This document shows, in pieces, positions 1 through 14,412 of a stretch of DNA of 64,000 nt. The notes under the pieces were generated by a model, which saw nothing but the letters and a program-made list of their open reading frames with translations, was not told the DNA's origin and did no database searches. The stretch covers positions 38,316,001 through 38,380,000 of the forward strand of contig OY740794.1 in NCBI GenBank assembly GCA_963514005.1, read 5' to 3'. The number at the start of each line of letters is the position of its first letter. The stretch's first letter is position 1. The DNA is from Raja brachyura (taxonomy: Eukaryota). The position numbers were made by a program, and so were the translations under genes.

Positions 1-819
1 CATTCCTCTCACTACATTCTGCCTATTTTTTTCCAAATTCCACACGCGCCACTGATCATTCCCCAGGCTACATACCTTGTATTGTTCACTTCTCCCCATG
101 CACACTGTACTGGCCGTCCCATGCAGCGCACCACGTACTGTGTGGTTGGTGCTTCTCCTGCTCCTCAGCTTGTACAGCCCACCCATTATCAATGGTACAT
201 CTTCCACCTGTTTTAGGGGATGAGCTTGTTGTGTAACAGCTGTAATGTTTAGACAAGCGGGTTAATTATGTGCAACTTACGGAATTGTTTCTTGCCCAGA
301 TAAAGAGAAATTCCTCCTGATGCAGAGAGCGATGTAAATAAGTGGTGAATAATGCACTTGTAGCAGTGTCATATTGTGATATCCCTATGAAACGATTGCT
401 ATTGTTTGTAACATTTCTTGATATACTATTATACTTCCTCTGCATTTCATTTGAAGATACTGAATATTGAAAGTTTTTTTTGGTAATCTTGCTCTGGGTA
501 TCCACTTCACCGATCAATCCATGTGCTGGCTGATTCAGATTTCCACCCATAAATACAGCCAGCCTTGGCTGAAACAGCGTGTGCATCAGAAGAACGAGCA
601 GGCCAGGTTAACATTGAATGAGGGCAAGTGAATGCTGACGCATGGGACAATGTACTGATTGCTAAACAAAAATCTGTTTTTGATTCTCCTATTGGTATCC
701 AACTTAAAATAGCAATTAACTGGTTTTGAAAGGGGTTGAGATGTGGTCCTGCGGTCAGTAGCTATAAAATCCAGTTGTCCACAGCTTAGATTAGTCCCGA
801 ACGTGCATCCTCATCGTGT

Positions 820-1135
820 AATAACATAGAAGGAGGCCCCTCGGGCCAACAGATCTATGCTGGCTCCCAGGAGAACATCCCAGTATTCTCCTTCTCCCTC
901 TGTTCATTTCCCAGCAGTCCTGCAACTATCCTCTCTGGCACATGGCCATCAACTCCACTTTGAGTCTTTTTGCCATAAACCTACATGAAAGGGTAATTTT
1001 CAATAGCCAACTGGCACATCTTTGGGATGTGGAAGGAAACCAGAGCATCCAGGTGACGCCCATGCTGTTGCATGAAAACTACATGCAGTCAACACCCGAG
1101 GCCAGGATAAAACCTGGGTTCCTGCAGCTATGATT
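820..1135 (-). mobile_element. Degenerate SINE, antisense
   Basis: catctttgggatgtggaaggaaaccagagcatccagg is the reverse of the SINE core. Confidence 0.6.
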
Positions 1136-2107
1136 CCATTAAATGGCCACTCCATAAATACTCGTTCACTCGGTGGGCAGCGAAGGGTGGAGAGAGTGTA
1201 TTATTTACTAATTAGTTTACTAGATACATAGTATCTGTTTACTGAAAATGTTCACCTGAATATTGCCTTTAGCGAAATAAACTGAGAAGGATGAGACTAT
1301 TTATCAATACAAATTTGTCATGACCTGATAGCCCTGTATAAATGGTAGCAAAAGAAGAATCAGGTGACAATTGGATATATACTTAAAACAGAGCAACGCC
1401 ACAGTGAATGGAAGGGTGGTCGTACTGTGGTTATTTCATTGAGTAGGGGCATGAACTAAGGGGCAGAGGAAGAAAACACGGTGATGGCCAGGCCATGTGA
1501 CGATCCGTTGAGGTGGATGCCAAGCGCAAGGTCTGCTGTGTGAAGTGCTCTAACGGGGTAAAGGATCAGATTATGGTGTTCTGAAGCTGGCCCTCTGATC
1601 TGTGAAATCAGTAAGAAATTGGTCAGAAGTGGTCATGGGTCACTGCAGTGTCTGGGACAGGGGTAGGGTATCTTCTGATCTTGTGGCAGTGTTGTAGAGC
1701 TCATTGGTAAAGTAACAATATCAGGAAGTGGTACCATCTAGAACCTTAAGACCAACACTTTGTTTGGCTGCTTTTAACTTGTATAACTATTCTATGCAAT
1801 TTATCTCTCATTATTCTTTTAAAAACTCAAATATCTATTGCTATTTCAACTGTGACCTGAATGAGGTGAATATTCCCTTTGAGCCTGCCCTATGCGTGAA
1901 TGTTGTGCCCATTGGCAGCCTGATACATGTATTTTTGACAGCAGATCTTTAAGAGGGAAACACCTTCTGACCAAAGCTTGCTGATTTCAGGTTTCTGTGG
2001 AGCAGATTTATCAGAATCTTGATGATAGGTGTCAGTCAGAGAGTTTCTGGCCTATTGTTGAATGATGAGTTTTTTTTTAACATGTCTTTGTCTTGTACTA
2101 ACCCTAG

Positions 2108-2413
2108 TTCCCCTGTCTCTGGCTGTACTAGTACTCCCATTTTCAACACTTGCATGACTGAGCGCATGGCTGATCTCACCCCCTCCCCCACCTTCTCGAA
2201 CCCTGACTCTGACATCACTGAGCTCGCAGACGAGCGCCATGATGGAAACGAGGAGGAGGAGGAGGATGAGGATGAGGATGAGGAGGAGCTGGACGATGAA
2301 ATCTTTCTGGATGATCCCTTTTCTGACCTGGGGGGAGACGAAGGGTACCAGTTCCACCATGATGGCCAGGACCCGTTTTACGACCGCTCACCCTGGTTCA
2401 GTTTAGTGGGAAG
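2108..2413 (+). CDS. KIF1A: KIF1A acidic cassette exon (exon 25b-like), 306 nt, phase 2-2
   Basis: ctag|TTCCCC acceptor, GGAAG|gttggt donor. Encodes SPVSGCTSTPIFNTCMTERMADLTPSPTFSNPDSD...EEEEEDEDEDEEEL...DPFYDRSPWFSLVG. Length divisible by 3. Confidence 0.88.
2250..2288 (+). repeat. Coding (GAG/GAT)n trinucleotide tract, poly-Glu/Asp
   Basis: gaggaggaggaggaggatgaggatgaggatgaggaggag. Confidence 0.9.
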
Positions 2414-5400
2414 GTTGGTGAGGTCTCTAGAGCATGAAGGGAAGGGACTAGCTCTTTCACACTGAGAAGAGTAACCCCAGTGGCAAATGGCCACAACAGA
2501 TCTTAATGCTGGAGTCATTATCCATTCTCCATAAGCCCCAGATTTGCCTCATTGGCCGCTGGTTCACACTGATGGAGATTTTATTCACGATGTGGACTGT
2601 GATACTGTGCAACAGTTGCGTTATCACTATCTAGAAAAAAAAGAGAAAACAAATACATTGCAAGTGCCAAGACAAAATTCATGTTGTCAGATAGAGTGGA
2701 ATCCTACAGTATGCAACAAATTGGTAAAAGTCATCCCAAAGTTATCTGGGATTGCTGAAGGTTAAGTATTCACATTAATCTGTTGACACTCTGTTATTTG
2801 GGGTAATGAGTTTCCAAGCCTGGTAAATTAAGTTATGCTCTGTCTTCTGCTCAACATGAGAAAGGTGAGACTGAGCAGATATTTCTGCAAACAATTTCCT
2901 CAGCTTACTCATTCTCAGCACATGATTTACCGCCTGTTGGCTGATAGGGTGCAGGATGCCCAGTGGATCCCCCTGTTGTCAGCACTGGATTTGGCCTTTT
3001 AAACCCAACGACTGGATAGCCAAAATGGATGCAGCTAAATTGGTTAAATTTCTGTGCCTTTGTTTACATCACACTTGTATACATATGGATTCCATTGTAT
3101 CTCACAGAGGAAGGCAGCTTTTGCTGTGGTTTCTAGCATGGTTGACAATCGGGCACTGCAGTGAGACTTGCATTAATGCACAATTTACTACACCTTTTTG
3201 TTAATTTTTTTTTAAAGAAGGATTGTGCAACTTTTTTGATTTGGAAATTGTTACCTCTTACCAGGAAAACATTTGATATGCAGTTGATAGAACTAGAGCT
3301 TTCAAGGAAAGCAGGAGACATCTAGTCCTTAAATAGAGTTGTCCAGTGCTTGTGTTTAATCTCAGAACACTAACAACAAGCAGCAATTAAATATACCCTT
3401 TACCATCTGACCATATTGTGTTCCAACAAGGAACAAGTAAACTCTTAAATAGGAGAGAGCAGGGTTTCTGATCTAAGTGAAAGGGTGCGAAATAAAAGCA
3501 AGTGAATGACCAGTTTAGTGGGAAGAAAAGCATTGAAGAAGAACAATTCGGGGCAGAGAGAAAGGCCGATGTACATAACATCTCTGCAACTGATGGAGGG
3601 CTGAAAGGTGGCATAGCATGTGACAAATTTATAAAGTTAGTTGTGGGTAAGGCCGTTGGGAGAATTGCAAAACTAAGTATTTGATGAATTCATGGAGTTG
3701 GAGAAATCAGATGAATGGAGATGGGTAAGGGCAAGGGTGGGTTCACCCTAATCCAGGGTTAAGATGCAAGGAATCCTGCTCCAACATAGTTCAAATTCAG
3801 GAGGCCAACAGTAAACAACTTGGTAAACAAATTCTTGTGACATTACAAGCAAGATGAATTGGGCCAGGGATGGTTGTAAAAGATGTTGAAGATAGGCAGG
3901 AAGCACCGATGAGTGTGTGTCACTATGCCTACTCTTCACAGCTCATGTAGGTGATGGTCACTCTACTCACTACTCACAGTTGCAGGCATTTGTTAATCTC
4001 GACCCACTCCTCGGTTTTCTTGGGAAAGATTATCCTTCTTGAGTGTCTACTGAACAGCTAGATGGTATTATGTAAAGGTAACAAAATCTCCAGACCAATA
4101 TTAAATATATTAAAAATACATTTAATGAATATGCACTGTGTTGCTTCTGGTTTAGAAGTGTTTGTTTGAATTATAATGTTTTGAATGTAAACCTCTATAT
4201 TAACTAGGAGGTTTAGTCCAGGTGTCAATGCAGTTGCCTTGTCAGTCTTACAATTCATAGCCCATTGATATCTGAGATCTTTTTTCACAGCTTTGAATCC
4301 TACAGTTCTCCCGATGAAAGAGCTTGTCCCATTACCAGCTCATCTCAGTAGGGCATGCCAGACTTGCTGAGTAGGTCATGCCAAGGCATCGCAACAAGGC
4401 ATGCCAAGGCATTCAGTTTCCAAACATGTTTCAGTTTATCTCAATTGGCCATCCCAGCACAGCGGTTTTGGAAAAATAATAAAATAGTTTTCTCACTGTG
4501 CACGCACGTTGGCACTACTGTTTTGCTACCTGCTGTGCAGCCATTTTGAAAACCGCTGCGCAAGATGCTGGGTACCTTCTGTTAATGTTACAGGCGCTAC
4601 AACAGAAGCTGGCTCTACCAATGTTTAGCCAATGTTTTCTTTCAACTGACTTTCTTCATTTCCTTATTTCTTGTGTTGAAAGCTTTGTGTTCTGAGCATG
4701 CCACCTTTGCACCTCACCAATCTTGTTACCAGCTCCTTTGCATTGGCCACTGTATATTCAGTCTGCTTCAAGTGTCTTGCCATGTTCAGGGTTTCTCTTT
4801 GTGATTGTCGCATGAGTCACACAGATGTTTTTTTATTCCTGTTTATCATGTTTTAGATTAAAGCTGTGCTGAACTGAATTGGTACCACATTATCACATTA
4901 CCCTGGAGCTAGTTGGACAAGGAGGGGGATTAACTTTGTTAAGAACCTTGCAATTTCTTTTCATTACGAATGCATTTAATGAAATATGTTTCCTTGATGA
5001 TTTCTGTGGCTGCAGACTCAATATTCTATTTAAAATTATTTTCACTATGTTCAGAAACAGATGTTAGCAATAAATAGAATTATATTTCATGACAAGCACC
5101 CAGGAAAAAATATATAACATTCCTTCTAGATGCCCAAAGCTCACCAGATAAATCATTTAATGTTGGCGGATCGTTTTGGAGAGTATCTGATACAGTTATA
5201 ATAAAAACAAAATATTTTGTAACACAGAGAAACTCAGGCAACATTTGTGGAAAGAGAAACAATTAATGCTTCCTATCCAAGACCCTTCATCAGAGATATC
5301 AATGGGTGCTCACCGAGCAAGACCCAGGAATCACCGTTGGTGAAAAATTGATGGGATCTTACTGATAGCATCCCTGAGAATATGTTGATTTTAAACTTCT

Positions 5401-8400
5401 ATGTGTATACAGTAGATGGAATCTTCCGCTATCCTAGACTGGGCTCTTCATGGTGTCTATGTTATGAAATCTTGTAAAATGAAAATATGAGAATTGATGG
5501 ACATAGAAATGAAATGGTATACCATCACCATCAGAGGCACTATGGAAACTGAGCAGAGTGAGCTACATTCTGGTAATACGTGCAAGATATTGTGTATTGA
5601 TAGAATGGCATACGGAACATTTATGTGTGTGTCATTTCTAGCCATGTCCACCTGAAAAATTCCCTGGCCAGAAATGCAAAAACGTATGATTAGAATGTTT
5701 AGGCTTCTTGGATTGGTAGGTCATTAACAAAATCCCACCTTTCATCCCCCATGTCTGACCTCTTCCCCCACCCCCACCACCGCCATCCTCCAATTTACCA
5801 TTATGTCCTCAGACTGAGGTGAAAGGAGCAACTAACCAAACGTCTGCATTAAGTCATTGAAATTAAGATTTCAGGATACTCAATGTATTTCACTGATTTT
5901 AATCAAATGGTGTGCTGGCCACCAAGTGTTGGGAGGCAGGCTAGTGTTTCTTTCATTCAGCCAACCCTAATTCCAAGCTAATAGAACTCTAAACTTTGTT
6001 CACTATGAACATCACCATAAAAGTTAAATGTCGTAATGGAGTTTCAGGATAGCTATGCCCCAATTCATCTGGTGTATCTTGACATTGAGCTCACTACTGC
6101 TAATACTTCGCATCAAAAGGTTCCTGACAATTTTCCAGGAGTATAAAGAACATAATACTGATTACACTGCGACCCTGTTTTTCAAAGGTGAGCTGACTTG
6201 TTAATCACATGATATTTTGCAGTGGTAAATGAAAGTGTAGTGAACTGAACCAATACAACATCAGTATTGGTGTTTATTTTACAACAAAAAGCTTAAACAA
6301 TTGATTACAAAAGTCTTTGCTCTTCACTATTCTGGAGATGACTAAGTGTCAGCTTCTGGGCAGTGGATGTCACACAACCAGTGAATAAACAATTTATCTA
6401 ATATTTTTGGAAATATTAAATTCCCCCAGATTATATCTGCAGGATGCATTGGATAGGTAAATTGTACAGAAGCTTTGGATCTGATTACCCCTCTACGGAT
6501 TTGGATTTGCAATAAACGTACGTTTACAGTTTGCATTATTGTAAATATTCCTAAAATTGCAAAAACAGCAGAAGACAGACCCTACAATATAAGAAGAAAT
6601 AATCTGTGGATACACCTGAAGCTAGTGAGTGATCAAGCTTCAACCTATGAAGGTCACACTTTAGACACCTGGTAATATCCTACTGCATTTAGAAGTCCTA
6701 AACAATGATAAAATTCATGCTATTGGCATTTTTTAATTATAAATGCCAAATGTTATTTATTGCCTATGCATCTGGCTATCATATGCTATTCCCTTGGGTA
6801 ATGCAGGCAGCAATTGTACATAATCCCAGTATAATATCCAGGAAGGATAAAGATATAAGAGAACTTTGAATCTTGGTGACTGTGGTTAGTTGCCAGAGAT
6901 GATCTAGCTCACACTGAAAAATGCCCTTGAAATACAATAATGGCTACACACAGCAGACTGCCCTGATATATCACACTCAAATGAACAGAACATTGCCTGC
7001 TCTACCTTTCTCCATTTGTCACTGTTTATGAAACTTTTGACAAAAAAAAGTTGAAGTGCCTGATAAATGTTTTGCAATTAAGCAGTTGAGCTCATGAGAA
7101 GTTTTAAACTTCTGCGTACTATATTCCTTTTTTTTTGTGGAAAATTTACAGATTAGGCAATGGAAACTGGGTGTTTGTCCCATTCGGATTTTGTTTCCTC
7201 TTGAAGCAGACTGAATCCACTGGATCCAGTATGGTTGCTCATATTTAATGCTACTGAATATCTTTTTTCTTTATGTTCTTTTTATTACAGATGTTTTTAT
7301 GTCTACAAAGTTTGCTTGATTGCAAGGCAGCAGTGATTCCCGCCCCTCCGTGCTAATTGTGACTTGTTGATGAATCTTTTGGTGGTACATGTGTGGTTGT
7401 CTCCAGTTTCTCACTGGCTGGCTTTGGCTGGCTTTTGATGCTGCTTTGTTTTGCTGCTTTGCTTCCTGGCACTGTGGCGTGCTGTATATGTTGGATGAAG
7501 ATTGCAGGTGGTTCCACTTCGATCACTCAGGGACTTTACACTTTATTCCCTTTCCCACACTTGAATACAACCTCATCAATGGAATCCTTTCTGCCAGTGG
7601 CCAATCACAGGGCCATCTTCACAAATTCAATAGCCTTTTCCTAAAACCTAGTGAGTGCGTAATTCACTTTTCCTGTCACATTAAGTACCCATTTACTGGG
7701 ATGCTTTGTCAGTTCCCTACTCAGGTTTATGGATTTTGAAAAGTTTTCTCTATTATAAACTGTTGCAAGATATCCGGTCATCACGAGGAATCCGACCAGC
7801 TCTGCCTTCAAGAATTCATTAATGGTTAAACCATTTGAGAATGTCCAGCATTTTGTGGTGCCTGCAACTTAAAGTTATAGAGGCTGCTGGAAGGAAGAGA
7901 GGTTATTGTGGTGCCTATATATGTCTCAGTCAAAGAGTACATCTTTGACACATCACCTGATGGTGGAGATGAGTCCAGAAGCCTGTTTCATGAATAAATC
8001 ACGATTGGAGATGGTTTCAGAACTGGATGAAATACTTCCTAAAATAACAGAGTTCAAGTTCTGACAACTGTAAAGGCATCAAACAAGAGTCACCAGTTAA
8101 CACCACATCAATGTCATCTCGCGAAGGCACTTTGAAGAAAAGCAATCCAGTTCATTGTTAGTATTGATTAAAGAAATGTGAGATGGTTATTTCTGACATT
8201 AACAGGCCAACAGACAGAACAGCAGATTGCAGATCAATGTTTTTTACAGAAAAATAAATGCCCCGTTTCTTACCTGTGTTATCGAAGGAGGGTGTGGTTC
8301 TCATGGAAAGAAGTTGGTTGATCCATATACGAAAGATACTTTGGAAACAATTCTAATCAACCCTTATAATTCTTATCAATATATTGCTCTCCACCTGAGT

Positions 8401-9214
8401 TTCCATTTCAGTTCGTGGGACTTCTGGATAGCCACCAGTCTAAGGAATCCTGTCAAATCAGCACAAAATGTCTTCATTTCTCAGGTCTGAAATTTGATTT
8501 GGAGTTAACGTAGATTCTCCAAGATCTACCAAGAACTGCAACAGATGACAATCTAGTCAAAGAACATCAATAATTTCCTTTTCCTGTCACTCTTGTTCTG
8601 TCAGTTTCCTGGTCAGGCTTATGTCTGTTGAAAATGTTCTCTGCCTCACCAGTGATCCAGACCACTTCTCGATTGATGCTGCAGGTTGTCCTGTGAACAC
8701 AAGGAGTCATACCACTGCTTCCAAGAGGTCACCAACATAAGGCTCACTGCTGCCTCCCCTAGTCTACTCCATCCAAAACACTTTAGAGATGCAGGCTTTT
8801 TCTTCTTGGCAGATTTTGCTGGGACCCACATGTAATAGCTCTCTTTCAGGTACCAGCATATAAGGTTTGGTCTTATCTCTTTCTTTCTCCTTTCATATAT
8901 TCTTTGAATTCTCCCTTACTCTGACTCATTTTCCTGGGTCAGGAATCTTTAATGATCAATGGAGCATTACCTTTTGGCAGTGAAACTCCACTGTGTGTCA
9001 GTGTTGGCCAATTATGCAGGGATTGAGGGGTTGGTGGAAAATTTGCCCCACTAGAATTCTGCCCTAAGAGGAAGATATATTGTCACAATTGGACCGATCA
9101 ACACAATGTGATCACCTTTACCTCCTCTTTGAGAAGAAATAAACAATGGGGTGGGGGCAACAGTTAAAAATAAATATATTGATTCATATACTGATTTTGC
9201 CTATAATTAATTCC

Positions 9215-9450
9215 CATAGAGGACATTGGAGGGCAAATTTGTTTACCCAGAGGTTGGTTGGAATCCAGTGGGGGCAGATAGTGGGGGCAGTTACACTCAC
9301 ATTTAGGAAGTATCATGATGACCACTTGAATTTCCACTGCACAGTAGGCTTTAGATCAAGTGCTGCTAAATGTCATTAGTATAGAAAAGTACTTGATGGT
9401 CAGATGATAGGCTGAAGGGCCCATTTCTATGCAGTATGATTTTATTACTC
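9215..9450 (+). mobile_element. Degenerate CR1 3' end
   Basis: tttacccagagg..ggttggaat and ggctgaagggcccatttctatgcagtat motifs. Confidence 0.55.
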
Positions 9451-10843
9451 CATGTTAGGAACTAAGATCTCTTAGTTAATTGTCAATGGTGGTTCCGTCA
9501 TTGCCACTCTTGTCGTTGAGTCGAACGTTTGTATGTTTAGGCCTCTTTGGAAACTCCAATAATGTGAGGAAGAACTGCAGCATTGAAATGCTCTGTGATG
9601 AACCAGAAGATAGTCCATATGAAGTTGGATGATTTACCTTCACCCAGAAGCATGGACCATTCATGTACCATCATGGCTTGGAAAATGTGATTCATTTTAA
9701 TTGAAGAATGTGACTGTTGCAAAAGCATCACTTGGTTGGCCCGTATTAGGCATCCTGTTAGAAAATTGCATCTCATGGCAGTTTTCCTTAAATGAAAAAT
9801 GTCATACCAGTTACTATCTTTGAGCATCCAAAAGTAAGAGCTGTATTTACAGAAGAAGCGGGAGGATAGCCCAAGCTAAAAGGCAGAGGTGGTGTTGGAT
9901 GTAGAACCACTTTTGTTAACTAAATACAGTCACAAAGTGAGCCAACTGCTAGTGCATGACCGCTACATTCAGTGTTGTTAGATCTGTAATTGAATGTCAA
10001 GTCCTCACAGTATCTGAGAAAGAGTGATGAACAACATCACCAGCTAAGGCTCCAAATCAAGCCAGTATGCCTTGGTGGGCAGAGCAAACTATTCCAATTG
10101 CGCAAACTATCAACTATACATGGCCAGTCCAAAAATCAGCTGAATACTCATTACTACACTACTGCCCCTCCCTACCCCTCTGTTTCAGTATCTGCCAGGA
10201 GGAGGCACCTTCTCCATGTGGAAAGCAGATTAGAATTTGCCATGAATGTTTCTAAGCCGGCATAAATCCAGATCTGATGAGTTAATACACCGTATGATTT
10301 CAATGGTGGAGGCAAAGTGAACAGCAGTCCTCACCGCCATTCTGGACATTGGGACAATCTGACTGAACTCAATACTCAAATGAACAGTGCAACCAAAAAC
10401 GGTGACATGCGGACACAAAGATTTAGGGATACTTGCTATGAAACCTTTTCGCTGCTACCAGCCTTTTGAGTTGACACATGATGACTAGAAAGAGAAAAGA
10501 ACATTTGGGCTAATCAAGTCGGTGGCTTCTGTGGGCCATCTATTCAGTTTATGTGGAGAAAGAGAAAACACCCATTAACACTGACTACCAGCAAACTGGA
10601 GCATCTTTAAATGAAGTCAGCACCAGATCACATCTGTTAAAAAATATTGGACAGGCAAAAATCAAATCCAAACCTTCAGTCATTCATATTCACCATGTCC
10701 ATTCTTTCTCACAAACCTGTGCAGTGGGCTCTGTCTTCAAAAAATATTGTCTTAAGTAATTCCAGCTGCAAGAAAAACAAATCAACAATGCCATGTTCTA
10801 ACAATCCCAGCTGTGAAGTCCCTGAGCCACCAAGGAAGTGTAG

Positions 10844-11032
<189 letters not shown>

Positions 11033-11076
11033 TGAGAAAGTGTGAGAAAAATAAACATCAGAATGAGGTATGTTTA

Positions 11077-11248
11077 AGAAGGAACTGCAATTGCTGGATA
11101 ATCGAAGGTAGACAAAAATGCTGGAGAAACTCAGCGGGTGAGGCAGTATCTATGGAGCGAAGGGAATAGACTCGAAACTTTGCCTATTTCCTTCGCTCCA
11201 TAGATGCTGCCTCGCCCCGCTGAGTTTCTCCCGCATTTTTGTCTACCA
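11077..11248. repeat. Fold-back (inverted) pair of the pLTR-type repeat
   Basis: Arms at about 11107-11170 and 11183-11248 are reverse complements. Confidence 0.8.
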
Positions 11249-11361
11249 TCATAATGAGGTATAGTGGACACACATTCTCCTTTCACTCACTGGGAATGAG
11301 TCGTACAGAGGGTCACACACTGTACTGCCACACATCGGAAGACATTTAGGAGCATTTAGTA

Positions 11362-11488
11362 CTAAGAAACATTTAGACAGGTACATGGATAGGACAGGTT
11401 TAGAGGAATATGGGCCAAATGCAGGCAGGTGGTTCTTGTAGATGGAACATGTTGGCCTGTGTGGGCAAGTTGGCCAAAGGGCCTGATT
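11362..11488 (+). mobile_element. CR1 3'-end fragment, tail-to-tail with the previous element
   Basis: catttagacaggtacatggataggacaggtttagaggaatatgggccaaatgcaggcagg. Confidence 0.7.
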
Positions 11489-11489
11489 T

Positions 11490-12409
11490 ATAGACAATAG
11501 ACAATAGGACAATAGGCCATTCAGCCCTTCGAGCCAGCACCGCCATTCAATGTGATCATGGCTGATCATCCCCAATCAGTACCCCGTTCCTGCCTTCTCC
11601 CCATATCCCCTGGCTCCACTATTTTTAAGAGCCCTATCTAGCTCTCTCTTGAAAGCATCCAGAGAGTCTGCCTCCACCGCCCTCTGAGGCAGAGAATTCC
11701 ACAGACTCACCACTCTCTGTGAGAAAAAGTGTTTCCTCGTCTCCGTTCTAAATGGCTTACTCCTTATTCTTAAACTGTGGCCCCTGGTTCTGGACTCCCC
11801 CAACATCGGGAACATGTTTCCTGCCTCTAGCGTGTCCAAACCCTTAATAATCTTCTATGTTTCTATGAAATCCCCTCTCATCCTTCTAAACTCCTGAGTG
11901 TACAAGCCCAGCTGCTCCATTCTCTCAGCATATGGCAGTCCTGCCATCCCGGGAATTAACCTTTTAAACCTACGCTGCACTCCCTCAATAGCAAGAATGT
12001 CCTTCCTCAAATTAGAGGACCAAAACTGCACACAATACTCCAGGTGTGGTCTCACTAGGGCTCTGTACAACAGCAGAAGGACCTATTTGCTCCTATATTC
12101 AATTCCTCTTGTTATAAAGGCCAACATGCCATTCACTTTCTTCACTGCCTGCTGTACCTGGATGCTTACTTTCATAGACTGATGTACAAGGACCCCCAGT
12201 TCCCGTTGTACTCCCCCATTTCCCAACTTGACGCCATTTAGATAGTAATCTGCCTTCCTGTTTTTGCTATCAAAGTGGATAACCTCACATTTATCCGGAT
12301 TAAACTTCATCTGCCATGCATCTTCCCACTCCCCCAACCTGTCCAAGTCACCCTGCATTCTCATAACATCCTCCTCACAGTTCACACTGCCACCCAGCTT
12401 TGTGTCATC
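11490..12409 (-). mobile_element. CR1 LINE 3' fragment (truncated at DDTKL) with ATAGACA-type tail
   Basis: Frameshifted ORF pieces MQGDLDRL..WQMKFNPDKC, LVRPHLEYCVQFW, TRGHSLR. Confidence 0.92.
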
Positions 12410-12850
12410 ATTTCACATTACAAAACTCTATGCCCCTCGGGGTTACAACGTGTCTTTCACTCTGGAATGTATTAGCATCATCAGAAAAGGAAAGAATTGT
12501 ATGAAATAAGTGTGGTTGTCCTGGAATTAAATCTGTCCGTAGTCAGTAGCAAAGAAAATTAATTTGAATGAGGTGCTGATTTACAATTACCCGTTTATGC
12601 TTCTGCCCAGCACAATCTTATCTCAGTGTGGAAACTAAACCAAGACAAGTGATTATTCCAATCCTTTAATGTTTTACTTGACGTGAGGTTAAAATGGTGT
12701 CATGTGACTTGTGCCTTAATACATGCTGTCATGATTTTAACATGCACCAAATTACATCACATTGGATCAGATATTCAGATATGAAGCACTCCTATAAAGA
12801 AAATACAGGAATTATCAACAATTCTCCATGTTAATTGTGAAATATTGTGA

Positions 12851-13276
<426 letters not shown>

Positions 13277-13499
13277 TAGACTCAGAATAGATTGAATAAA
13301 TAATTTACCAGCAACATAAACTGTGAGGATAAGTGCGTGGTAAGACATCCTGAATACCCAATGTAATGTAATAATTCAGAGAAAGGCCTAACCTTGAGAA
13401 TCTCTCCCTCACCCCCAAAATACCTTCAAACCCTGAAGCACCCATACGAACAACTAAAACTGAGAATGTCCAAGAATGTTCAAAAGAACCTCTGATCCT

Positions 13500-13805
13500 G
13501 AGATCCCAAAGACATGTGGTTTTGTAAGTTAATAAATCACTGTAAATTGCTGCTGGTGTGCAGGTGCGTTGTAGATTCCCGTGGGTGCAATGGGTTGACA
13601 GGAATGTGGGGAAAGTAAAAATGGAATTAGTTTAGGATTATACAATTGGGTGCTTGATGCTCGACATAATTTACCAGCAACATAATTGCACTTATGTGTA
13701 ATGCAATTACAGATTGCACTTATGTGTAATGACAATAAAAGATATTATTATTATTATTATAAAATCAATGGGCTGAAGGGCCTATTTCTCGGCTGTATAA
13801 CTTTG
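13500..13805 (+). mobile_element. 5'-truncated SINE with an inserted (TTA)n-tailed LINE 3' end
   Basis: atcccaaagacatgtgg..tgtaaattgc.., interrupted at about 13680-13760, resumes gggctgaagggcctatttc. Confidence 0.6.
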
Positions 13806-14276
13806 ACTAGCATAAAACATTGATTCAGTAAAATAGCTGCGAATGGCAAATGAAAATAACAATATGAGACCTGAGATTCTAGAATAATTTCTACGGGAGC
13901 AAAGAAGGTCAAGAGGTAACTCAATGGAAAATATTAACATCTTAAAACATGAACATAACATCAGACTCTCCTTTGATGGGGATTCAGCAATGACCGGCAA
14001 TTATATTAATATTTTAGGTAAGGGTGGGAAGTTATATTGGAAGGCATTTTGTCACAGGTTGAATTGTACAATGCCTTGCCACCCACAGTGATGAAAAAAG
14101 TGATCAAGTACATGGAGCAGAGGACAGTACAAGACCTTAGACTATGTGGCTGGGTTAGCTGCACTATAGGCTAAAATGGTCTTTATTGTTAGACACATCA
14201 CTAGTTTGATTAACGTTCTCAAAGATTCTTACAAGGATTTTTGATGTCGCTCTGTGATGCTCTCTGCTGTGTTTAG

Positions 14277-14412
14277 TTTCAGTCGGACTGCTGTACAACT
14301 GGAATGTCTCGCTCAGGCACGTCACAGGAGGAGCTGCGCATTGTTGAAGGACAAGGTCAGTCGAGCGACTCAGGTCCTTCAGCCGACGAGGTTAACAACA
14401 ACACCTGTATAG
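14277..14412 (+). CDS. KIF1A: KIF1A exon [45 protein letters not shown], 136 nt
   Basis: gtttag|TTT acceptor; ATAG|gtatgt donor. Confidence 0.93.

Noticed and set aside
6250-9830. Possible ancient transposon-derived coding remnants
   Set aside because: Only short ORFs with no identifiable domain motifs.
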